From Sphaeroforma arctica JP610 (lineage: Eukaryota): a stretch of DNA of 41,575 bases. How positions within the stretch are numbered: the stretch's first letter is position 1; every line of letters begins with the position of its first letter. A model generated the notes under the pieces. That model worked only from the letters and a program-made list of their open reading frames with translations. It ran no database searches and was not told where the DNA came from. Shown here one piece after another: positions 31,880 through 41,575 of the stretch. The stretch spans positions 230,319-271,893 of the forward strand of contig NW_014040549.1 in the NCBI RefSeq assembly GCF_001186125.1. Reading direction: 5' to 3'. The position numbers and the translations under genes are program-made.

Positions 31880-33244
31880 ATGGCCAGCACAAATCCACTT
31901 ACCCCTCTGACGCAACCCGCCTGGGCCCACGACAAACCATCACTCCGCTTCCCGTACAGTATCTATGCTCACCTGAAAACTGTACACAAAACCACGGGCG
32001 GGCGTACACCCGACCATGTAGCCCTCCGTCAACGTTGTGACAACATCAGGAAGAACTCAACAAAATGTTGGTCCAACAAGGAGATCGCAGCAATGGCCCG
32101 GCGTTAATACTACTACCAACTGGTTATGGGTAAANNNNNNNNNNNNNNNNNNNNNNNNNNNNNNNNNNNNNNNNNNNNNNNNNNNNNNNNNNNNNNNNNN
32201 NNNNNNNNNNNNNNNNNNNNNNNNNNNNNNNNNNNNNNNNNNNNNNNNNNNNNNNNNNNNNNNNNNNNNNNNNNNNNNNNNNNNNNNNNNNNNNNNNNNN
32301 NNNNNNNNNNNNNNNNNNNNNNNNNNNNNNNNNNNNNNNNNNNNNNNNNNNNNNNNNNNNNNNNNNNNNNNNNNNNNNNNNNNNNNNNNNNNNNNNNNNN
32401 NNNNNNNNNNNNNNNNNNNNNNNNNNNNNNNNNNNNNNNNNNNNNNNNNNNNNNNNNNNNNNNNNNNNNNNNNNNNNNNNNNNNNNNNNNNNNNNNNNNN
32501 NNNNNNNNNNNNNNNNNNNNNNNNNNNNNNNGGCTCTGTGCTATGATTGTAACGAATACGTACATGTTTACATTGCTCGACTACCGCACCGACGACTGTC
32601 TCTGCCCTGTCTGCCCCGGTAGCCACAAGTTCACTGCCTGCCACTTTGCCTGCATCCAACAACTGATTCGACGCATCCTGGTAGGCCCGAAACTGCCGCC
32701 CATTGGCCCTGACCTCCTTCAGCAATTACAGAAGTGCCACGACTTCCACGGTATCTGGACCCTCCACGAACACCTTGGATCTTATCTCCAGCATATTGAA
32801 GAACCACCGTACCCTCACCCGTCCCTGACACATCAACAGATGTTCCCCATACCCCGGCTAATCACGCTGTTGAAGTACTACTTCCAAATTTCGGTTCGAA
32901 CCAAATCATCGCGCTTGTTGGTTCCGCCTATGATACTTCCGATCCAGGCCAGCCAACACATACCGAATTCATCCGTGGTCTGGTGCGGCATTGGCTTACC
33001 CCCATCCTCGCTCCTCGACTGGATTATGATGGATAACCTGGTCCTTCTCGGTATTTCGTACTCTGTACTAACCCATCCCGCCGCACTACACGGCGCAGAC
33101 CCGATCCGTACCACAGAGATGGGTACTCTACTTAGTAGGTCAGCAAGCGAATATATGGAACATTCGATAGGGATAATAATATTTATTTCAAAAATGGTAA
33201 GTATGTATGATACAATGTATGAACATATGGTATGGCTCTCATAG
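31880..33244 (+). CDS. Extra ORF downstream of copia RNase H (unknown protein; one in-frame stop; spans an N gap)
   Basis: ORF 31880-32107 continues in the same frame past a TAA (YYYQLVMGK) into the gap. About 237 open codons follow the gap, including DCLCPVCPGSHKFTACHFAC. Composition is C-rich like the element. Confidence 0.5.
32135..32531. other. Assembly gap (N run)
   Basis: Run of n; a second short gap is at 30153-30172. Confidence 1.
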
Positions 33245-33575
33245 TCGCTGTAGGGACCCTCCCAAACAGCGCGCGAAGGCAGTTGATCCAGTTTTCAGAC
33301 ATTCCAGCGTGACAGTACCCATAGGCGTGTGAGAGCGACCTTGTCGTATGCATTGGTTATGTCCAGACAGACGTCGTTCCACTCCTCTTCTGACTGTGTC
33401 TCAGATTCCATGGCGGCAAGTGCTTGGGTATGACATGAGTACCGTGATTCGAAGCCAGCTTGGGTAGCATGGGTAGCAGAACCGGGGTGGCTCGTAATCA
33501 GATTAAGAAAGCACTTTTCAAAGATGCGTAACAGTGTTTGTCAACACCGGCCCGAATTGACTCAGCGCATATCTT
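33243..33575 (-). mobile_element. Non-LTR (LINE) reverse transcriptase fragment
   Basis: The minus strand gives ...FEKCFLNLI...THATQAGFESRYSCHTQALA...DVCLDITNAYDKVALTRLW / MSENWINCLRALF. These match the non-LTR RT motifs QAGF (33462-33451) and LD..AYD.V (33366-33337). Confidence 0.8.
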
Positions 33576-33589
33576 CCAACGGTCGACTC

Positions 33590-36400
33590 ACTTGGCCCAA
33601 ATCCATGAGTATTGTTTCATGCAGACCAATCCAATATAATAAATTCCATGCACGAGCTTATCTTTAGAAAGCAAAGCCATGATGAATGGCTCGTTGTTCG
33701 TTCCCTCTTTCATAGCGTCGGTTGAGAAGTGACGGCCATACCATGAGTCCACTAACCATATTGCTACTGTAGTAAGCTCTGCATCAGTAGTCTATGTAGT
33801 TCAATAAAAGGTTGTGCTCATTACTATTTTCAATATTTAAAATTGAAATACCTTAGTTGTATGAGATACCAGCTGGGAGTTGTCTACCGACGAGTCTTTT
33901 TCTACGAATTCTTGGTCAATAGCTAAAGAAGGATAATTATTTTCTTCTTCATCATCACTGCGTATGTCCAGACACGCATACTGGTCCATGAATCCATCTT
34001 CGTCAATGCGTCGACCTGCATTAACTGTAGATGTATGTATACAATTTGAGCATAGTTTCTGGACACACACACCTTCTAAACGGCGAACTTGTGCGGTGAA
34101 AGGCTCGTCGGAGTCCTCGTCATCATTGTTCTCAGCAGTCCCAGGCACAAAGGCTCTAGAACTTATGAACTTACGCGCATCCACATCTTTAAGTGCTAAT
34201 GTTTGTCCAACTGTGCCTGTTATTAGTAGCTGTCTAAGATTAAACCAATCATTACAGCGCTGGGACACAGTGAGAATAATGATTGTTCGTAGCAAACGAG
34301 TTTCTAGCTCAACAATTTCCTTTGAACGGTCTAGCCCCGCTTCTGGCCAGAACAGTGTGCTTGTGATAATTGCTGCAGAAGGACGAGGTCGCTTGACGGC
34401 GACAAATGTGTTCTTTAGAGAAACTGTTTTGGGATAGTCTACGCACATAAATCGCAACACATCGCAGGGTGTATTATGATTCTCTCGCTTACGCGGCATT
34501 TGCCGCACAGCGAACGCTACTAAAGTAGACTCTTTGGACACAGTACTCTGCGAGGTTTTAAGCGTGGACGTAGCACTTACAACTAGGTCGCCCATTATTG
34601 GTGCATCATTGACAAGAAACCGAGTTGGATACTTGTGTGATGTTTCTATGCTAGCACCCACCCATGGAAAGCCTCGCCACATTTTGCTGTGTACTATGAC
34701 CACTCCGCCAAGGCCATGGTTTCCCATTAACTTCCATAGATGTCGCTCACCGTAGCCTCTTTCGGCCGATAACTGTAAATAAACAATTACTATTGCCAGA
34801 ATACGTATATTAAATGAATAAAAACACTTGAAAAAATCCAACATACTTGTGCAGCACCCGTGGTGCGACGGGAAGTATAAGCTGTGTACAATCTGACAAT
34901 AATTTTTTTGTTGCCTTCTTCTGTTTGTAATCGCGTTCGTGGAAACGCACAAGTAATAAGGAATAGAATACTGCGCACGCTATGGCTTCGGATTTGAATC
35001 ACCACGTCTTAGATTTTCTATCAGCCTTTGACTTCTTGGGGATGTCTTTGACTCTCGACCCAGTCTGCTCGCTATCCAAGGTTAAAACAATACTCTCTGT
35101 TAAAAAAAGCCTATCACTTTTTGCAAAGACTTCGTACTCGAATTCTCGTATGTTTTGTACAGCGTTCCATCAATTGGGATGGTCTACTGGATTATATCCC
35201 AGCATAGACTTAAAAATGAAGTTGTATCTTTCTGTGCCTATTACTGCGTCTTTGGTGTCCTCATAACGTGAAGCCCACATCTACTAAGGCCTAGGAGTCC
35301 ATATGTGAAGTGCTGGGCAAAAAACGCCTTCAACTCCTACAGTCTTCGACATCTACAAGTCGAAGATTGTCGGAGTTGTTGTTTTGGCGCTCTACTCTAA
35401 TTGAAGCGTTAATCCAAGACAACAATTCGGGAACAATGTCTTCAACTAACATCATGAGCACAGACGCACCATCCACTTGTGATTCCTCGTCCCTTTCTAG
35501 AGCCATACTGTACATTCGCTCCTTCACTACACGTGCGTGAGCGTGTGCCTTATTCCTTGTGTGCTCGTTAATAAAATCTCTCTCATATTGTATATTGACG
35601 GCGTCCGTATAACAGCCTGATTCCTTCTGCTGTTTCTCTGTTAGTTCAGGAATATCAGGCAATGACAGAGATTTTGCTCTCTTCTTAGTCGCACCTGGAA
35701 TGTCGTTTGTTTTAGGGTTTTAGGGGTTTTTAGGGTTTAAAAGTTTGTTTGCCTGTTTTTGTGTTGTGTTGACTTGTGCAGTTGTGTCATCGTTATTGAT
35801 ATTGTCTACTACATTCGCTACGTTTAACGCATCCCTTATTGCATATACAGGTGATTGCGAACACCGCTGGCATAACGCTGACGCCCCATACCCTTCTTGA
35901 TCCAATGTTATAGAACATGGCGTAATGGGATGGACTCTACATAAACATCTAATACACATATGTGGAATGTCCCGCCCTAAAGAACAAGTAATGTAGTACA
36001 CTTATAATACTGTATTAGTTCTGACCATCTATCAACAGACGAGCATTCCACGTGTACAGTACTTTGACATAAAGCACATACTGTTTCTCCCTCAGTTGGT
36101 TTCTCACAAACACCGCAGCTGTGGGCTAGCCCTGTCGCTGACATTGACTGCAATGCATTATAGTATTCCTTGTTGTGTGGTTGTTCATGATTATGAGAAT
36201 CGTAATCCTGGTGCATACACTTTGTTATAATGCAATGCAATGTATGGGTCTATTGCATGCAGTGAATCGATATCCATCGATTCACTATTGATGTCTTGGA
36301 TTGCATCGCTGTTGTGTTCATTATTGTTCGCACTATAGCTTTCTTGTTGTCTGTTGTTAAAAGGTGGTGGCCTTAGCTCTACACCGGCGCTTCGTGCCAT
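33590..36400 (-). pseudogene. Decayed piggyBac-like DDE transposase with N-terminal Cys/His (PHD-like) fingers and a C-terminal YqaJ/lambda-exonuclease domain
   Basis: Fingers: CGVC...CALCQSTVHVEC...CTTC and CIRC...VH...C...CQRC (about 36120-35860). PiggyBac-like blocks: ELLSWIN, ELKAFFAQHFTYGL, VLTLDSEQTGSR...RKSKTW*FK...AC, SAERGY. YqaJ-like blocks: LTVSQRCNDWFNLRQLLITGT (34262-34212), STDAMKxGTNNEP (about 33726-33686), GLVCMKQYSWI (about 33633-33600). Confidence 0.7.
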
Positions 36401-36766
36401 TATCAACAGTAACACATAGTCACACTCACTCAAAAATAGCGATTATAGTAACGTGCATGCGTACTAAAACAACTCATATACATGCGTTATTACGGTGATT
36501 AAACCCAAAATTTAATTCCAGTTCGATTCCGATAAAAATCAATGTCGTAAATTAAACCATTCTATGCGTAAACGGGTGCAATAAAAAATACGACAGAGAA
36601 TACTGCGACTCGCAGTATTCCAAAAAAAAAATATTTCGGGCCAAAAATTCAGAATACCGCGAACAGAAGCATTCTTTGACACTGGTGATATATATATATA
36701 GAGTTGTGAAAAGCGGAGATGGACCACAATGTAATAAGCCGGGCCTCCACATTAGACTCTATGTAT

Positions 36767-36915
36767 AAACGTACTCTTAAGCAGTACGCAAATTATAAAC
36801 GTACTCTTAATAGTACGAGGAACTTAAGTTTCCTAAATGTGCTCTTAATAGTACGAGGAACTTAAGTCTCCTAAATGTGCTCTTAGTAGCACGAGGAACT
36901 TAAGTTTCCTAAAAT
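36767..36915. repeat. Tandem repeat of about 38 bp x3 with near-palindromic core AGGAACTTAAGTTTCCT
   Basis: tagtacgaggaacttaagt(t/c)tcctaaatgtgctctta repeated. Confidence 0.9.
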
Positions 36916-37299
36916 GGTTTTTAGTGGTTTTATTAATTAAACCTTTTCCATTTAACATATCAGATATTTGGATGAGGCCATTAAAAGGCCTCAGTAAAAT
37001 ACCAAACATAAAAGAGTTGGTCTAGTTCTATTATTAGAGCTTTATTTACTTTCCAACTTTATTTATATCTGAATACTTCGGTAACGAGACGGCTCAACCA
37101 AATATAGGTTTCTAGGGACTATTAACGTTACCTAGTTGATCCTCCGATAAGCCAACCAGATGTGCCAGTATGATGAAGGCTAAGTCGGTAATTCTTGATA
37201 GTGGCAAAGTATTGGTTAAAATAATATTTTGACATGTAATAACTGTAAGTGTATGTACAAAGCATGCGAACGTACATATATATGTTCTTATGTTTTCAT

Positions 37300-37850
37300 G
37301 TAGGTGGGCCGTGTGTGCGCGTCTGTATGATTGTGTGCATCTTTATACATATATGTTTATATATGTGCTCACATACGGCATGTGAGGGTGAGTGGGTGGA
37401 CCGTGTGTGCGTGTGTGTGTGATTGTGTGTGTGTTTACATATATATGTTTACATATGTGCTCACATACGGCATGTGTGAGTGGATGGGTGGGCCGTGTGT
37501 ATGCGTCTGTGTGATTGTTTGTATGTTTACACAAAATACATTTACATATGTTTACATAAATATATTGTGCGTGTATGTGTGTGCGTTGTGTGATTGTGCG
37601 TGTGTGTTTGCACATGTGACTAATTTAAGTGCATGCGTTGTGAGTTTCTATGATCCAGCACTCACACGCACTTACATTGGTCTAACTGCATGTACATATG
37701 TGTGTATTTTAGTGATTATCATACGGCGTGCGCGTGCGCGCGTGTGTGATTGCGCGTTGTGGTATGTGTTTCTGCGCATGCGACCAATGTAAATGATCCT
37801 GCACTCACACGCACTTACATTGGCCTAACTGCATGTGAATATATGTGTAT
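37300..37850. repeat. GT-rich low-complexity region with direct repeats
   Basis: (GT)n-like runs; atgatcc(a/t)gcactcacacgcacttacattgg(t/c)ctaactgcatgt occurs twice (about 37650 and about 37794). Confidence 0.85.
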
Positions 37851-37863
37851 ATTCGTAACGTAC

Positions 37864-38284
37864 CTTTCTTAGCTCCCGAAGACAGTCTAACTGCAGTTCG
37901 AAGGACGTATAGCGGGCGGATGTTTCCATGATACGTCGTGTGTAGTTAAGATCATATCTCAACACACGCAGGAGAGTCGTAAAGGACACCTTTCTTCCAA
38001 AACGCTCTGTGACTTTAGTTTGATGTTCATTTAGATAGAGCGCGAGATTCTGTGAGTATCATTCTTTCACTATATGAGTCAATCGTGTACATCTTAATCT
38101 ATCTGATCGTGCCTGTCTTTGTACGAGTTCTACAAGGAAATGGCGAGCCTATTATTTCGAATCTTGTTACGAATCCTTGTGCACTTCTCTCAGATACGTG
38201 AAATATTAGTCGTATATCTTCCCAATCGATGCTATAATAGTAACGAGCTATAACTACAAGCCATGAAACTTCAGCTGATATCAT
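37864..38284 (-). pseudogene. IS630/Tc1-mariner-like transposase N-terminal HTH remnant
   Basis: MISAEVSWLVVIARYYYSIDWEDIRLIFHVSERSAQGFVTRFEIIG (HTH1) and QNLALYLNEHQTKVTERFGRKVSFTTLLRVLRYDLNYTRRIMETSAR (HTH2, like LYLxE...vSxsTixRxL...gxtrK); no DDE domain found. Confidence 0.65.
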
Positions 38285-38927
38285 TGTGTGTGTTTCTGTG
38301 TTGTTGTTTTGAAATATTGTCAATGTTCAAATATTGATTGTCGAATATTTGTTCATTTGAGACTGATTTTCAGACAAGCTTTGGTACCGGCCCCAAAGAC
38401 CTAGCAGACCGGCTTGTGTGCACCTAGAGTCCCAGAAAAGGGTTTTGTATTCACCAATCATACGGCGCCATTGATTTTCCTTTGCCAAGAATTGTTCATC
38501 GTCCGTGGTGTAGGATGAGGATATCAAATTGGAAGTGCTGAATTATAGAATCTAAAAATAACTTGATCCAATAAAATTTCAAGCTCGATATTTTTTTTAT
38601 AATTCATACAATAAGGAGCGCACTCCGACGACAAATTTTCCAACATGTTGCCTTGAGGCTGAGACTTGTTGACGGGCGCTAACCTCTAGGGGTGACTGCC
38701 AAAATATCTGGAATCGACAATGTGTCATATATAAGGGCGGGCAGAAACTAAGAGTCCAAGAGACCAAGAGTCCAAGACCCCTATGACGTATGAAAACGTA
38801 GTACGTTTTACGTTAACGGATCAATTTGAAAGCGTATTTACGTATTACGAATAGAAGTCTGGTTGAGACCAAGAGACCTAAAAAAAGCAGTTGAGACTGT
38901 TTCTCAAATCTTCTTGCAATAAATAAA

Positions 38928-39125
38928 TAAAAACAGTACCGCAATTCGCACCGACTGCACACTCAGTGCACAGTGTACGTCATCAGGAAAGTCAGGTTTG
39001 ACTTCTAAAACAAAATGAATGCATTTAAACATAGCCTACTAAATAAAACAATTTAAAAAACAAAACAAAACAGTTCCGTAATCCGCAGTTCCACACCGAC
39101 TGCAGTGACAGTGTACGTCATCAGT
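38928..39125. repeat. Imperfect direct repeat of about 60-70 bp x2
   Basis: aaaacagt.ccg.aat.cgca...ccgactgca...cagtgtacgtcatcag at about 38930 and about 39067. Confidence 0.8.
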
Positions 39126-39136
39126 AAAATCTGCAA

Positions 39137-39756
39137 TTTTTACTAGAGTTTGACCCAGAGGTACCTTACAAAATTCGATCTCATTGGCACTTAGACGACA
39201 TAAATTCTTCGTTCTGACGAGTAATAAATGTATGCTTATTCTCATCCTGATTCGACCATTGGTTAAAAAGTTATAAAGGGTTCCAGTTTGTACCAGAACT
39301 GGGATAAACTAACCATACGCAAGCGTTATACAAGTCCATCCATACCTAACAGACCTTTCTGGCATTATAGCATACTACTTATGGAGGGCCATAAGTGCGC
39401 GCATAGCGAGTCTGGACGTGTATTTTGGATACCTCATATTCTAACCAGTAACTTTTGTACCAGCGAGAATATGAGGTACCAAAAATACAAGTCCAGACTC
39501 GCTATACGCGCACGACATAGTGTTAGGTATGGGTGAACAGTATGATGCTTATATTTGGCTTGAGAGTATGACTCAGTTCTGGTCACATTTCTGGTTATCT
39601 GGTACAAACTGAAATCCTTCATAAACACTTTTGAACCAATAGTCCGATCGAGATAAGTCTTAAGTATGCGTTTATTACTCGTCAAGACAAGAACTCGCTA
39701 AGTGCCAATGATATTCATTTTTCAAGGTACCTATGGGTCAATCTCTATAGTAAAAA
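39137..39756. mobile_element. About 620-bp imperfect palindrome (foldback/MITE-like element)
   Basis: Inner arms gtgcgcgcatagcgagtctggacgtgtattttggatacctcatattct / agaatatgaggtaccaaaaatacaagtccagactcgctatacgcgcac. Outer matches: tgaccc.gaggtacctt / aaggtacctatgggtca, tcattggcacttag / ctaagtgccaatga, cagtttgtaccaga / tctggtacaaactg. Confidence 0.8.
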
Positions 39757-41511
39757 CACTCCCTATCTGGCCCTCTCCGTCCAAATTTTTATGTTATCCG
39801 GGCCCTATACAAACAACTATTTACAAACCATACTGCTTGTTTTTATTATTAAACAAAACACCTCTTCAATTTAAAAAACAAACAAACAAATTATGTCCAA
39901 TTTTGAAGGCTAAAAACATAGCCCTGAGCCCTCATTGACACTAAAAATATGTATTTATGTAAATATAAAATAAATAACAGCTTTGAATTGTATAAAATTG
40001 CAGCAGCAAGAGCCAGCAACTCCCACACACACAATTCACAACTCACAACACACAACAAAAGAGAAGCAAAGAGTCCCAGACTCCCAGACCCAAAACTCCC
40101 AAGTTCAAGAGTCCCAGTTACTGCGAGAGAGTGAGTGACAGTGCGAGTCTGTGTCTCACTGTGACAGTCGCAGTCTCCCACCACACACCAGCAGAGAGAG
40201 ACTCAGACGGACCAGCAGATCACCGGCGTCCCGAGTCCCGACTGCAGAGTGAGAGGACCAAAGTTCAAAGTCTTCATGTTCAATAGCTTCAATGACAATT
40301 AGAGCCTAAAAATAGAGGGCCACATATTTTTATACAAAACACACCTTTTTTTAAGAACGACTGATGAGCCGAAATATTATTGGTTTATTGTTAAAAAATA
40401 TATACAAACTTTCTCGTCGTCTAATAATAAATATAAAAAATCGAGCCAGTAAAATGAATTTGAAGGCACTGGAAACTTAAAAAGAAAAAAAAGACGGAGA
40501 ACCAAAAGGCAAAAAGTAACCGTCAATGTCAACTGCCGGCTTCCTCTTTGTGTGTGAGTGTGTGTGGCTGTGTGCGTGTGTTGTGTGACTTGAGTGTGTG
40601 AGAGAGAAATGAAAGGGCATTCTACACAGGTCTTAAGAAATACCCAAATATACAACAGTATCGTGTATTTGAATATGTGTATCTGAACACAGAAAACAGT
40701 AGTTATATCTTTAGGCTCCTACGGCCGGGGCCCGTACTGTGTATAAATTTGCACTCTTATTTTCAATACTATATAGATGTATATCACTACTGGGATATAG
40801 ATCGATATACATATATTTGTACAAACGTTTATGTATATATATATTAATAGAACGGGAAGCTGACAACATGAGACGAAATTCACAATCTGTTCCGGACCTG
40901 ACGGCGTTCATGAAATCTGGGTACGTAATTTGCACCGTGTGGTATTTTATACATAAACGGACATATCCAATCCTGGTTTATTTGTACATAAGTTACTGTA
41001 TTATATATAAATCCTGCCGCAAGGATCTTAATTGAAAGACCGTGGCGAGGATATGCTAGTGTACAAATATAAATACAAATATTTCCTGATAAATTAGCAT
41101 ATGTTCCCAATAAAGTTAGTTAGGTTTGCACCCGTATATATGTGTGAACTTATAGATAGCTTCAGTGAATGGGCGTGTGTTGTAGAAGTACGGGTTTCAC
41201 TAAGTCGTACAGGGACTATGAGTTTTTTTACATGTAAATTGTGGTAACTTAATCTAAATAATTCTCATTCTCGGCCAAACGAAGTTTAGGCTTATACACT
41301 TGTTATATGTATGCATGTCGCTATTATAAAACTAGAATTTTTTACTCGTTTGTTTCAGTTGACTGAAATGTGCTTGAATAAAAAAAATGTATTTGTAGAT
41401 ATGAAAGTGCTGCTAGATGGTTGCTGGAATATACACGGAAGGAAAATTTCCGTGTCTAATATACTGATACTATTTCTCTACAAACTTCTACGCGACATCA
41501 TTAACGCACAA

Positions 41512-41552
<41 letters not shown>

Positions 41553-41575
41553 CTCTCTACTACTTCTACGTAGAC

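Larger units (their letters stand above)
25731..33244 (+). mobile_element. Degenerate Ty1/copia LTR retrotransposon (candidate 5' LTR, PBS, gag, PR, MTase-containing IN, RT, RNase H, extra ORF; 3' LTR not seen)
   Basis: Domain order gag-PR-IN-RT-RH is diagnostic of Ty1/copia; multiple stops and frameshifts; C/A-rich plus strand. Both end coordinates are tentative. Confidence 0.9.

Noticed and set aside
32122..32130. Second PBS-like GGTTATGGG
   Set aside because: Not preceded by sequence resembling the candidate LTR; it lies within the extra ORF frame and is probably chance
33140..33244. 3' LTR of the copia element
   Set aside because: No clear PPT and no extended similarity to 25731-25917

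Overview
Eukaryotic genomic DNA with GT-AG introns, (TA)n/(GA)n microsatellites and two N gaps. The host is probably a non-animal opisthokont; this is an inference from gene content. Left to right: (1) a 4-exon + strand gene (1072-4707) for a small conserved protein of unknown function. (2) A 12-exon - strand gene (25288-6728, about 3095 aa by my exon assembly) encoding a Nup358/RanBP2-like giant with N-terminal LRRs, a polyQ region, about 9 Ran-binding domains, FG motifs and 2 RanBP2-type zinc fingers, but no cyclophilin domain. (3) A decayed Ty1/copia retrotransposon (about 25731-33244) head-to-head with that gene. Its pol carries a phage-Dam/DIRS-like N6-adenine DNA methyltransferase domain between the HH and CC halves of the integrase zinc finger, and an extra ORF follows RNase H. 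(4) A LINE RT fragment. (5) A decayed piggyBac-like transposase with N-terminal Cys/His fingers and a C-terminal YqaJ/lambda-exonuclease domain. (6) An IS630/Tc1-like HTH remnant, a 620-bp foldback element and several tandem repeats. All domain calls come from manual translation and motif recognition, not database searches.
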